From the NCBI GenBank assembly GCA_003344405.1, contig NOWV01000029.1, forward strand, positions 62,001-126,000: a stretch of 64,000 nt of DNA. The letters are read 5' to 3'. How positions within the stretch are numbered: position 1 is the first letter of the stretch; the number at the start of each line of letters is the position of its first letter. Below, piece by piece: positions 42,103 through 64,000 of this stretch. A program made the translations under genes and the position numbers. Below the pieces are notes generated by a model. That model searched no databases, was not told the DNA's origin, and worked only from the letters and a program-made list of their open reading frames with translations. The DNA is from Trichoplax sp. H2 (Eukaryota).

Positions 42103-45100
42103 ATGATGGATTCTTTAAAATCAAAAACCCATCTCTTGTCGTTTGATGTCCAGCCCTTTCCAAAGAACGATGGAAAATATCCTCTATGCTGTCAAAATAG
42201 CGTCCAGTGGTCATCTCTATCATTAGCAGATAATAATGTAAGTTTTTATTTGATGTATCCGACCTAATTAAAAATGCGACAACTAAATCAATCTGCAATC
42301 TTTATGAGATTTGGAAGCACGATTTAAGGAACTATTCCTTCAATTTTTTAACAGCCAACTAACTTGTTCATAATCGATTATCGTTGTTATTCGCTATCAT
42401 CATTTCATCAATTATCATTATCGCCTGCTATCTCTCTATATCAATTTACCTTCATATTAGAATTTTAGACATTAAAGTATTGAGTCGTTGATTCCTTTTT
42501 TGATTAGATAACCTATTCTGAAGAAGAAACGGTCTATCTTGAGAACCAACTCTTGGCTAGCTTATATGGCAGTCAGTTTTCCTCACCAACATCGCTATCA
42601 TCAGGCGCATGTAATGTTCATCAATTGCTAGAGAAGGTTAGACTCTAAGAAAATAGCAGGAGTAGCAATAGTTAATCATTATACGATTTTAATTTCTACC
42701 TGAAGATTATACGAGCTATAGCACGACCATCCAAAGAGTTAAAGTATCAACTTTTTTTTATTGAGAAATATATCGATTTGATCCTCTATCATTTTTGTTA
42801 AGCTACATTACGGTACTAGAATAGAACGGATAAGAAAATCACATTTATAAAGTTTTCTATATTGCTCTATGGGGAGGTTAATTTCACTTAAATGAAAACT
42901 GCTCTTTCTAGATTCATGGTGTAAAAAATTTTTGATACAGTTTTGATATCTAAAGAATTAACCAGAACTCGCATTTCTACACTACTCTATAGGGAGGTTG
43001 ATAATATCCAAGTAGAAATTACTCAGACTAGATTCATCGTGTAATAAAGAAATGAAAAAGTTGTTCTTATCATCATTATTCTAAATAACAAAGTTAATTA
43101 TAATATTAACAACTTATTTAAGCTAGCTGACCCCATTTCTGTCTTCTTTTTGTCTTAAAGTCTTGACTTAACAAGCCAATAATCATACATAGGTTTAAAA
43201 GAGCTTTGATTAATCATTCTGCTGCATTCTATTTTATTATTTTTCAAATGTCATTTAGTAAACGATAAAGAATAATCGTATTTTCTCCACGATCGGATCA
43301 AGTTATTGCTATAATAAGTTTAATGCTGTATTAGAAGTTACCTTGAAAGGTTATAGAAAGAATTAGATGTAAATCTCTGTCAACTTAGCAAAAGCGATCA
43401 TACTACATTAAATTTAACGTTATGCTGTAGCAGAGATGATTTCAAATTCGCCGATATTATTTTAACATTATGGTTGAGTGATGTTATTAATGAGGACAGT
43501 ATAGTCATTATATATCTATACACGTACTTAAATTTAATTTTAGCCACGCTGCTCATTCCTCATTAACGAATTTTCGACCACTTTCATACCTGCTATAGAA
43601 TCTAGTCAACACAAAGCCAGAACTAATTATATTGTAACCTGACGAATAGCCCTCCCCCAAATTTTTATGATAGGATGCTATTAAATCACTAATTAGTTAA
43701 TTAATAAGATATCTTATTCGTTCACAATAATCATACAGAATACGTTAAATCAGTAAAATTACTGTAGGCGTTAATTTAGCTTAAAATGAAGTTCTACAGA
43801 CTTTGCTTGATTATCAAGAAATTTAACATAGATAAAGGGTATAGGACTTTCGGAGGTACTTGCGTGGCATAAGGGATATCAAATTAGATAAAAGAAGGGT
43901 AATGATGACAGATAAATGTTATATAGACTGTCTTAAAATAAAATTTAATTGATTGAGCATGATTATCGATGGTGAGTAGACGACTGAGTAAGATAGTCCA
44001 TCTGAGTAATACTAGATTAGCATGGAAGCTATTTAAAATAGAAATAACCATCGATAAGATGCCTATATGAAGTAGCGATAGTTTCTCGTGGTTAATAAAC
44101 TAGTTTACCACTAGACTATGAAGCTCTAAGCGGACAGAGATTAGATGTCTTACAGTAGCCAGACGATAATATTCCGAGAAACCTATATGGAAGACAGGAT
44201 TAGATGTCTTGCGGCAGCCGGCTAATTACGTACTGCGAAACTCATATGGAGTAGCAATAGATAGATAGTGATATATTTTTTTAACAAGTAAAATTAATTT
44301 ACTATTAGGTTGTAAAGGTTAAAGTAGGCGTTATTCGATGCTTTGCATAGCTAGATAATTATATACCGAGAAACTCATATGGAGCAGCACTAGAAAGGTA
44401 ATGGACTAACACCTTTAGAAATATTTATACCTTCCCTTTCTCAAAAAGGTCTGCATTGNNNNNNNNNNNNNNNNNNNNTGAGTAATACTAGATTAGCATG
44501 GAAGCTATTTAAAATAGAAATAACCATCGATAAGATGCCTATATGAAGTAGCGATAGTTTCTCGTGGTTAATAAACTAGTTTACCACTAGACTATCAAGC
44601 TCTAAGCGGACAGAGATTAGATGTCTTACAGTAGCCAGATGATAATATTCCGAGAAACCTATATGGAACAGCAATAGATAGTTAGTAATACTTTTTCCTT
44701 TAGTCAATAGATTAGTTTATTATCGGACTATTAAGCTTAAAGTAGGCAGGATTAGATGTCTTGCGGCAGCCGGCTAATTACGTACTGCGAAACTTATATG
44801 GAGTAACAGTAGATAGATAGTGATATATTTTTTTTAATCAGTAAAATTAATTTACTATTAGGTTGTAAAGGTTAAAGTAGGCGTTATTCGATGCTTTACA
44901 TAGCTAGATAATTATATACCGAGAAACTCATATGGAGCAGCACTAGATAGGTAATGGACTAACACCTTTAGAAATACTTATACCTTCCCTTTCTCAAAAA
45001 GGTCTGCATTGCAGATCTAGTTATGGGGCCATTATTGCAAGCAATAAATGGGTTTATATAGAAAGATAGGCTAGATATGACTGAATTGTATCTGGCCAAA

Positions 45101-48100
45101 TCAATTTTGGCCTATATTATGATCTATAGCATAACATGCACATAAGCTGATGTCTTTTGTCATAAATAGGTCATAAACTAATGAATTTTGACCATAAATG
45201 AATCACAAAAAATATGTATATAACTCTTTTTATTACAAGGCTAAACCTAAGTATCATAAAACTTATTATATTAACGAAATGGATGATTCAATATGGTAAT
45301 AATGTAAGTAGTATGAACTTGTTTTAATATATCAAGTCTATCAAAAGAAAATAATTTCATTTGAACTGACATTAGTTGGCATTATGGACCCTATTACTTT
45401 TGAAATATCTTCCATCCTGTAAATTAAAATATCGTGAAAGATATGAATTGTATTTATAACGATTTGAAATTTAGAGCCTATATTAACAAGCAGAAAAGAA
45501 AAGAATATCCTTATCTCTCAGTTAAAAGTAGAATACCTTTCTATTGATAGAAGGTAGCCATTTCTATTAATACGTAGCCTAAAACTGTTTTAGAATAGAA
45601 ATTGGCATAGATTAAGATAAGCAAAAACAGGTAGAATACTATCAATATTTATTGTAATCCCAACTGCAATGATTTTAGCAGTATTTTCGATAGCAAATAG
45701 GCGTTATTAACAAAATTAATACACCAAAATCCCCAGAAAAGAAGTATTAGGATCGATTGACTTTACTACATTAGACCTAAATTCAGTAGCAGCCATGCGT
45801 TACTTTAAAGCAAATTTGAATAGCTTTAGCAATGGCTGACAGGAGAGGGTACGCGTTAGCCCAGTATTAAAATGTCATATCTCAAAGGCCTCATTACACG
45901 GATGGAATTGATCGCCTGTTTACTAATAAATGAGCAAGAAATATTCACGATCACCATCTAATCTCGCTTCTAGCTATGTTTAGACCAACAAATTTCGAAG
46001 ATTGCTCTCGCTACTTCGCCAATTTCAAGGTCAATTGATCACGCGTCATTGTTTGACATGAAAAAAAGTGTTGACAATAAATTTTAAAGTAGAAAATTAA
46101 TTCTGCTTTGAATAACGTTCACTTCGTAAGCTTAAGCCCAAATAGAATAAAATATTAGTGTTGATATTCAATAGACGTCTGCTTGAAATGAATATATGAT
46201 GTCAATTATTATTCGTGCGAAAATAAAATAGACTAGGGAAGGGGGTATGTCGGCTAAGCTTTGGTATTTGAATAATGTTAACGGCCATGTTTGAAGATAT
46301 CAGCAGATTGGTTAGAACTCAAGCTGGGATCCAAATTTTGCAATTAAATAGTGACTGAATATTACTTGACAATAGTTTGGACATTGCATAGCCATCAAGA
46401 TAGTACATTGGCGATAATGGAGTTATTGTCATTAAAGAACAACATAGCGAACACAGCTTGAAATTTACTGTTGCATCCAATTTCAATAATTAGTAGTTCA
46501 AGGACAGTCTGCAGAACAATCCATCACCAGTAGACAATCAGCGTGAATTCGACGTCTTATTTTGATACACTTAGCTTCAATGCATATTTGAAAGACGCAG
46601 ACTTTTCAACAAGTTAAAGATGGCTATGAAATAAACAAGAATCAATTAATGCAATGTTTAACTAATTGCTATGGTCATGTCACTATTGATTCTATATTTT
46701 ATTTTTCTTTCTGCTTATTCGATTGACATTATATCCGTCAACAAGAGAACTGAATAATACAACATTCCTGCTCTGACCTCTGCAACGTGATAAATAACAG
46801 TAATTAACTATTAGGAATACCTAATAAGCTATGAAATAAAAAATTAAGCTATGCTAATCAGTTACCTCGTCGTCTTTTGTATATTTTTAATTTTTCAATG
46901 CTTACTTCAAAGTTTGTAGTAACATCTTCACGTGCTAGACTGCAGCCGGTCTGCGGGACATCTCATCATTCACAATAAATCAACCGAAAAATGAAATACA
47001 TTCAATCTACCACATTAATGCTCCTTATTCTATTCCTCTATTTGTTTTTAATTCCAACATCTCCTTCAAATATAAAATCAACCGAAGAAAGACTATTTCG
47101 TACCAATTTACTTTAATTCTTACGTGTAACTTAGAGTTCAATACTGGAAATAAGAAATGAGCTATAGAAAAAATAATTAATATACAAAAATCTGCCAATG
47201 CATAATTCATATTTTGTCCATTGGACTAAAATGTTAGAGCTGAACACTATAAAATAATAAGATTAAGATTAACCATCTGAGATAAGCTATCTGAGTCTAT
47301 TTTACAATCTTCTATAGTGATGGCCTATAATGAAATAATTAATATTCAAAACTGGTCAATTCATAATTCACATTCTGTCCATTAAACTAAAATATAAAAA
47401 CTAAAGATTAAAAAATAAATTAAAATAAGATTGAAATTGTGAGATATCCAATCTTACCAATCTTACCAATCTGACAATCCTTCTATAATGATGACCTATA
47501 AAGAAATAATTTAATTTTCGAAATCGGTCAATTTATAATATATATTCTGTCCATCCGACTAAAATATTAAAGCTAAACGCAATAAAAAAATTAAACTGAG
47601 ATTGATCTTCTGAGATAACCTATCTGGGGTATTCTACAATCTTTCTATAATGATGACCTGTAAAGAATTAGTTAATATTCAAAATTGGGCAATTTATAAT
47701 TCATGTTTTGTCCATTGGACTAAAGTGTTAAATCTAAAAGCTATTAAAATTATTACATTAAAAATGACCTTTTGAAACGAATAATTTATCTATCTAGGTC
47801 TATTCTACAATCTTGCTATGATGATAACCTAGATACTATGGCAATGTACTTAATTCTCGTTTCTAGGTCAATTTCTTTTGCCTATGCTTATTTTAAAACC
47901 AAAAATAATTCATACTTATCTCTATGTATTAATTCTGATCAGTTTAAAAGATCTTCTAATTTCAACATCTCGACTAAAGTAGCCGGTAAAAAATAACATT
48001 TAGCGTCTATTAATCTTCAGTCTATAATCCATCCATTGGTCAAAGTATCAATGTTTCTTAAGAGATTTTATTAAATAGTTTGATATGTAATTTATCTTAA

Positions 48101-51100
48101 TCTGTTTATAATATTTCTGTAATTCCGCTCTAGATGATATAACCTGCAGTTTCGTCCAAGAAATAGAATTGAAATTAAATGAATCTTTTTCAGCTTCATA
48201 CTGAACACCTCTATCCATTTTTCATTTCATATTTTCTTAGTTGTGCAAAGCTGTAAATCAATACCAGCATCATAAATGGTGCTTAGTATCTTATGGCCAA
48301 TTTCACCTTAGGCAATGGTTACAACAATTAGCCAGTAAATTGTCATTCAATTTGCCGCCTGTTTTTTCAGTATTTATTGATGTTAAGGAAGAATTTCATA
48401 AAATTATTCCTAACCAAAGTCAAGATATGACATTATACGATGTTGCTGAATGTAAGTTCTTAAAATATGTGATAGAATTAATCCATGTTGTCTACAATAA
48501 ATTGTAGAGATTTTAAATATTTATTGACTTTCAATTTGTGCAATTGTTTAACCAGCTATAATAATATCAGGAAAGATAAATTGCTAAGTTAACTTAATCT
48601 ACCACCAAATAATCAGAATGCTAAATAGGCAGATCGACGATACTCTTATGTAACTTTAAAACCTACGAATATAATCACCAGTGATATAGAATTGACATAT
48701 TGTAAGGTATTAGCTAAAACTTATACATGAATCTTTTATATTTTGCTTCAGACTTGCATCTTGATAAGGATTTAATTCAATCAAAAAATCGAAGCAAATT
48801 GGTCCTAAGCCTTTTTCAAACATTAGCAGCTAGAGGTACTTATGATAAAAATGGTGCATACAAAAATAACGGGGATTAATAATTATAATCATTAAACGTG
48901 TGCTATAGTGTCATAACTTTTAATATTTATGGAGTGAAATATATAGATAGGATCTTATTGTAACTTTTTAAACCTTCCCCTACTAATTATTAACCCCATA
49001 AGATAAGATTTATTACCAAACACGTATGGCGTTAATTGATTCTCTGTCTACTCCGTATAGGAATTCAAACATTCCCAAGTTACCAAAATATTAAGGGAAG
49101 ACTGGAACCCACAACTTACCATGGCAGTTGGTAAATAAGATGATTTAAGTCTAGACTACAATCATTTATCGTTAATCAAAATATTCGATGTCTATTATTT
49201 TTCTTTGCGCGTATATCCAGCGCTAGCCCTATCTATAATAAGCTAGCTGTTAAAGTTTGTGATCTGCCCACATATTTAAATGACCAAGATGTGGCAAGCT
49301 TCTTTCATGGACTTAACATTATTCGAGGAGGGATTTCCTTCTTGCTTAGCGAATATGGTAAACGCTATGGTCAAGCTTATGTTAAATTTGAAGACACTGT
49401 TCAACGAGATCTAGCACTAAAAAGGCATAGCCAATATATTGATCAAAAGTCTATTCGGGTGAAATTAATAGCCTTATTGATATTGAATTAATCAGTTGCT
49501 TTTATAAAGGGTTTAAAATCTAATAATATTACTATCCTCTAATCTACCTATTAACATTAATGCTGCATATTTATAGATTTACAAAATCAATGCCGGTCAA
49601 GGTTTCATCCCTAACGTTGGAGGTATTGATATAAACTGAAGATATAATATAATAATTCTACTTGACAGCCTTAAATTCGCTGTAAATTAGTCAATTTAAG
49701 CTAAAATATATCCTTCTACTATCCGAAATTAAGTTGAAGTACGAATTTTAATATACTTATGATAAATTGTTATAAATAGTGTGTGTTACATTAATTTACA
49801 ATAATAATTCACCAAGACTTAATTTGATGTGTTATATGAAATCTACTTATTGAAGGGGTGGCAATATATAATATTTTATATGTCCTTTATTATAATATTG
49901 ATAAGTTGAAATGACAGTAGATAAGCTAAGCTAAAAGAAAAATTATTTTTCTAACTTAAGAACTTATTCAGTTTAATTGCATTTCAAGTTAGTTTATGCG
50001 AATACTGTGCATAAATCTGATAAATATTATATGGACAGGCTATAGGAATAAATTGTGTCCTATAGCAATATAAGTTGAAATACTAATAATTAAATTACTT
50101 ATAATATGTTCAGGTGCAACTATTGTCAACGCTTTAATGAAAAGCAATGACAGGCCAGAAATTGCTTTACTACGTATAAAAGGGCTACCAAGTACTGTCA
50201 TAGCTATCGATGTTGTCAATTTCTTTAAGGGTACAGCTGATGTTTTAGACAACGAAGAAGGTGTTCTACTGCTTCTATCTGCTGATGGAAGAACAACAGG
50301 TGAAGGCTACGTAGCATTTAAAACACCTGAAATTGCACGAAGTGCAATATATAAAGACTACAAGATAATGGCAAATCACCATATTGAAATATATGATTGT
50401 TCATTAAATGATGCACTAAAGGTTAGATGAAGAATAATCTTAATTCGGTCGATATATTCGTATTAGTGAACGGAATAAAATCGATGTATAATATATGCCT
50501 CCGTTTATAGATAATTATATCAATCGGAGCTGTTATAAATTGCCCAATTTAATGAGTAACTCTTCACTTCAGGCACTACAAGAAAGCCATATCAGCAGCA
50601 GTTACCGCAAAAACGATAAAATTTTAACAAATTTACGACAAAAGAGCCAAGAAAGTGTACGAGATTGCATACGCTTGCGAGGATTGCCTTTTACGGCAAC
50701 AGAACCAGATATCACCAATTTTATGGGGGAACTTGCTGATAAAATTGCTCTTAATGGTATTCATTTATGCATCAATGACAGGGTACGATAGCATAGAACA
50801 CTTGCTTAGCAATACATACCTATAGTAGATTTTAATCATATATTATTAGCGCCATGCTAGGATATCATCTAAAGAAATGTAGTTTCGATTAATATTACTA
50901 ATCTAGAGGGTATATTTAAAATTAAAATTAAACTATAAAATACCAATAGAAGTCTATCTAACTTATGAGATTATTTCGTATATTATCACTCAAGAACTAA
51001 GTGTAAATCAATGTTACTCATTTAGATAACATGCTCATGATTATTTTATAAAATGCCAATAGTTCCTTGCAAAATGCATAAAATCAGAGTCATACTATTG

Positions 51101-52079
51101 AAGAAATCAATTTAATCTAGGTTCATATTATTCATCTGAATAAGCGTACAACATTGATCTATAAAATACCCAGGGTAGCTTGCAGAATATGTTATAATGT
51201 TACCATAGTATCTAAGAAATCAAGTCAACCCTTATAATTACTACTATCCTAGACAAATGGTTAAAATAAAATCTCGCATTTTTAATGGATTTATTCATCA
51301 AAATTGTGTAGGGGCGGCCTTCCGGTGACGCTTATATTCAGATGCTATCGGCTGAAGATGCAATAAAATCAGCAGAGAAAAAACATCGAGAACATTTAGG
51401 TACACGATGGATTGAGGTATTCCAATGCTCTAGAGAGGAAGTCACAGAAGCTAAAATCACTACCAGTGCCAACAAAAGCTACAATTCTTACTATGATAAC
51501 AATCAATATCACGGTCGACGAAATAATAATCCTGCTAAAAACAATGTAACAGAAAATCGTTATAATACTAATACCGATCGACAAATAAGTCCACCTGTAT
51601 CATCTGTTTGTGTTATCCCAACTCCTATGATGACAAGCATGGGATTACCTATGATCCCACAAACTTGGAATCAATATCAACAGGATGGCATGCATTTCTA
51701 TCCACAATCTAATTCGCCAAGGATAACACGAGTTAGGAATGCTACACCTGGTATATCAAAAGAAATTTCACGCTATCAAGCAGACTATACTACGGTAAGG
51801 TTGCCTAGATGATTATTGTTTATTAAATATTTATAGAAATTATAAATTGAGCATTATTAAGAAGTTCTATGCGAATAGCTGTTAAATAGACGATACATTA
51901 AAATTATCAAATATTTTTAACATTAGTATCAGCCCAATACTTCACTTCAATTGCAATATGAAGATTATAACAGACCTGATGGCAACATCATCTACACCTA
52001 TCCGGCTCCAATCGATAATCTACAACGTAGCCGAAATCAGCATTTGCCGTCTAGAAATATTGAAATGTATATGGTATAA
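42103..52079 (+). CDS. ESRP: Epithelial splicing regulatory protein (ESRP/fusilli): DnaQ-like domain plus 3 qRRMs, 11 exons, about 688 aa
   Basis: Phase-consistent exons: 42103-42237, 42508-42636, 48241-48451, 48752-48835, 49061-49130, 49221-49458, 49577-49622, 50114-50421, 50573-50782, 51312-51794, 51927-52079. Motifs: WCLVSYGQFHLRQWL...FIDVKEEF (DnaQ-like), FFHGLNIIRGG, DGRTTGEGYVAF, VRDCIRLRGLPF...GRPSGDAYIQM...RWIEVFQCS. An acceptor at 42091 and a gtaagt donor at 41753 suggest a 5' UTR exon. Confidence 0.92.
42865..43045. repeat. Two diverged copies about 120 nt apart in ESRP intron 2
   Basis: 'ctctat.gggaggtt.at...ctagattcat.gtgtaa' occurs at about 42865 and about 42985. Confidence 0.6.
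44003..45011. repeat. Near-identical duplication flanking an assembly gap, built from degenerate ~140-150 nt subunits
   Basis: 44003-44458 is repeated at 44479-45011; the second copy has about 80 nt extra near 44668-44746. Internal recurring motif 'gaaac(c/t).atatgga'. Confidence 0.85.
44459..44478. other. Assembly gap (20 N)
   Basis: Run of n. Confidence 0.99.
47168..47830. repeat. Degenerate minisatellite, about 165 nt unit, 4 copies, in ESRP intron 2
   Basis: Recurring 'aaataattaatattcaaaa...gtcaatt.ataattca.att.tgtccatt.gactaaaat.tta...tctacaatctt.ctata.tgatgaccta'. Confidence 0.85.
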
Positions 52080-54056
52080 AATGCTCACTCTTAAACTGAT
52101 CTTAATTAACTGTTAGAATTCTAATTTTTTCCCATTTCTCTCATTCCATTATGCTCACATACCCTATGTCGATTTTATAGTAATACTTTTTAAATTTAGT
52201 TTTCAAATTTAAATAACTGCTGTTATTATTTCCTTAATCACTCGCACGATATAGTCCATACAATAGCAACACTTTTGAAGAAAAATTCTCCTTACCAATA
52301 GCCAGTTATAAAGGATTTTAAACATTCGTTAGAGGTGATCAAAACCAGAAAAAAAGACTTATTGAAAACATTTTTTTATCCGTTATATTTGTTTACAAAG
52401 GAAAGTTATTCCTTCACCCTTTACTATATGTTAAGTGTGCTTGATTTTAATCGCTACTTGTATCTCTTTAATTCAATAAAGTAATTTATTATTTATTTTC
52501 ATGAATGAGTTTCTTGGAAAGTTTTATATTAAGCTTATCTTATATGTAACATGATTACCATATTACAAGGAATGTCTACATCAGTACCTTACTTCAAACT
52601 AATAGCTTTCCTGTAGATGGTTAGAAAAGCTGATCTGAAAGATTACTTTAAAGTTATAGGTATGGCTGACTAACAAGGCATTCGTAAAAATAATTTGGAA
52701 ACGCTTACATTATGAAACCGTTGAGCAATGCTGGTAGACTTTTTATGTAAATGTATTGCTGTGACTTATTTCCAAGGTTACTAGCCTCAATTATGCAGTT
52801 AATATAACATTTATCTACTAAAATGTAGGGAAAGTTCTTTAAGATATTGCCTATATTAATTGTTGTTGAAATCAACAAAGCCTGGAACAAAACTGTAGTA
52901 TTTAGTTATTAGTACGCCTTTGAAGTTGATGCGCAGTAATTAAACGATAATATCTTTTTAAACATAGTGAAAATAATACGATATCAATTATGCTATTTAA
53001 ATGGAGTTGTGAAGCTAAACTTTCCTTTTAACTATATATGAACTAAATTATAAACAGTAACAGCTTTAGGAAGCTGCTCATAGTATGTACTCTTTTACTT
53101 ACTAAAATTGCTTATACCTCTGACATGTATGGTTTATTGTAAGTAAAGATACACCATATGATCAGATTGCTACTATAAATTTGTAATACTTCTAGTAATT
53201 TGTAAAAATATAAAGTATTGTAATAAAAAGCTGGTTGAACTACAAACTACTAAAGAACCTCCTATGACTGTTTTGCTTCGATTACTCCGGAAAAGATTAA
53301 TATATTTCGTACAAATTAACAAGGCAGAAAAAACTTTAGAATTTAAGTGCAGTTAATGAATATTTCTGTAACTACTTATTGTTATTTATCTAGCAAGTTC
53401 GTTCCCATCTACTACTATTTACAGATACAATTGAAGTAATATTATTTCCAGACAAAATTTTGATGAACAAATTTTTATGATTTTGGAGTGGTTTTAATTT
53501 ATATTTTTAACATTGCAAAGCATTGCTGATCTATTTTTTGTTGATTACATTGAATCACGTAACACCAATATACAAACAGTATTCTTTATTAGAGTACTAA
53601 AATGTACTGGAAATTGCATTCTAATGTTAGATTATTGTTGCAATCGCATATTGCTATACAAGTAAAAATTTCCAATATTAATATGATTTGACGCAAGCAA
53701 ATTAATAATCAAGAACATAAATAAGCAGCAGATAGTAACTTGAAATCGATAGGTATTAAAAATTAAATCATAGTTAACTACGATACTATCCTAGATCGTT
53801 GCAAGAATTTACTTCGAACCCTGAAAGCCTTTTAATTTTCCAAATAATCAATTTGTATTAATTTATAAGAATGTTTTTTACAGTATCTACACAGCAAGGC
53901 GAACATAGCTCAGAAAGTCATAAATATCAAAATTAGATAATGTGTCGCTATAGTATAGCTAGGCTGGGCTTATGGTTTTGAATAAAAGTTTGACTTACCT
54001 TAGCATAATTACTGCAACATAATAATTTATACTTATGACCTAACAACTTGATGTAA

Positions 54057-63437
<9,381 letters not shown>

Positions 63438-63534
63438 AACTTTTTTCCGTTTCTGTTTTTAAAACAAGAATTTTAGTCATTTTTAAGTGCGCAAGCGTAA
63501 TTGAAGTTACGAGTGCACTACGAGTGCTTCGCCG

Positions 63535-63547
63535 GTATCCTAGATAC
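63535..63547. promoter_or_regulatory. X-box (RFX)-like imperfect palindrome upstream of TMEM67
   Basis: GTATCCTAGATAC, about 100 nt upstream of the TMEM67 ATG, in a CpG-richer patch. Confidence 0.5.
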
Positions 63548-64000
63548 AGATAGGCAGACAGACAACTGCAATTAGTCTCCAGTTAAATAATAATTAACTA
63601 GCTTATATCCTACGGTGGCACTCTATTATTATACTGTATAATTGGATATAACAGAATATAGTGCAATCGTGGTTTATATACTTTAGGTGCTAGTCATGGA
63701 TGGATAATGATGCCAGTAACGGGTTTGGCAATTTGACTTATACTACTTACTGGAAGTTATCTTAATAATCAGTTAAATGACTGCTCATGGCCATCTAAGT
63801 TATAATGTCGTCAACCAGCATAGCACTCGATAATCACCTATTTATCAGCTAGTACTTTTAACTATGTCTAACAAACCTAAATGCTTAGTCGAATGTAAAG
63901 TAGTGTCATGGTAGTAGCCGTAAAACTTGGCAATAACTACTACGAATTATATTAAAGCTAATCCTATAAATTTAATGCGAAGTAACATTAAATTCTTCAT

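Overview
Eukaryotic, very AT-rich genomic DNA with many short GT-AG introns and two 20-N assembly gaps. Composition, intron size and gene content suggest an early-branching animal such as a placozoan (Trichoplax-like); this is inference. By manual splicing I reconstruct five genes: (1) a PRRT3/PRRT4-like multi-pass (about 7 TM) protein with a long acidic 16-aa-repeat ectodomain (10012-12234 +); (2) a 23-exon CEP89 (18211-26735 +); (3) a single-exon protein with only the N-terminal wolframin domain followed by a long disordered tail (29979-31544 -); (4) an 11-exon ESRP/fusilli splicing regulator (42103-52079 +); (5) a complete 29-exon TMEM67/meckelin (63437-54057 -). Several tandem repeat arrays are present. 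Most interesting: a U12-type intron in TMEM67 next to a second U12-like donor, a soluble membrane-less wolframin paralog, ESRP-TMEM67 adjacency matching their human 8q22.1 linkage, X-box-like motifs upstream of both ciliary genes, and an ESRP in which only qRRM3 looks canonical. All homology calls come from motif recognition, not database searches.
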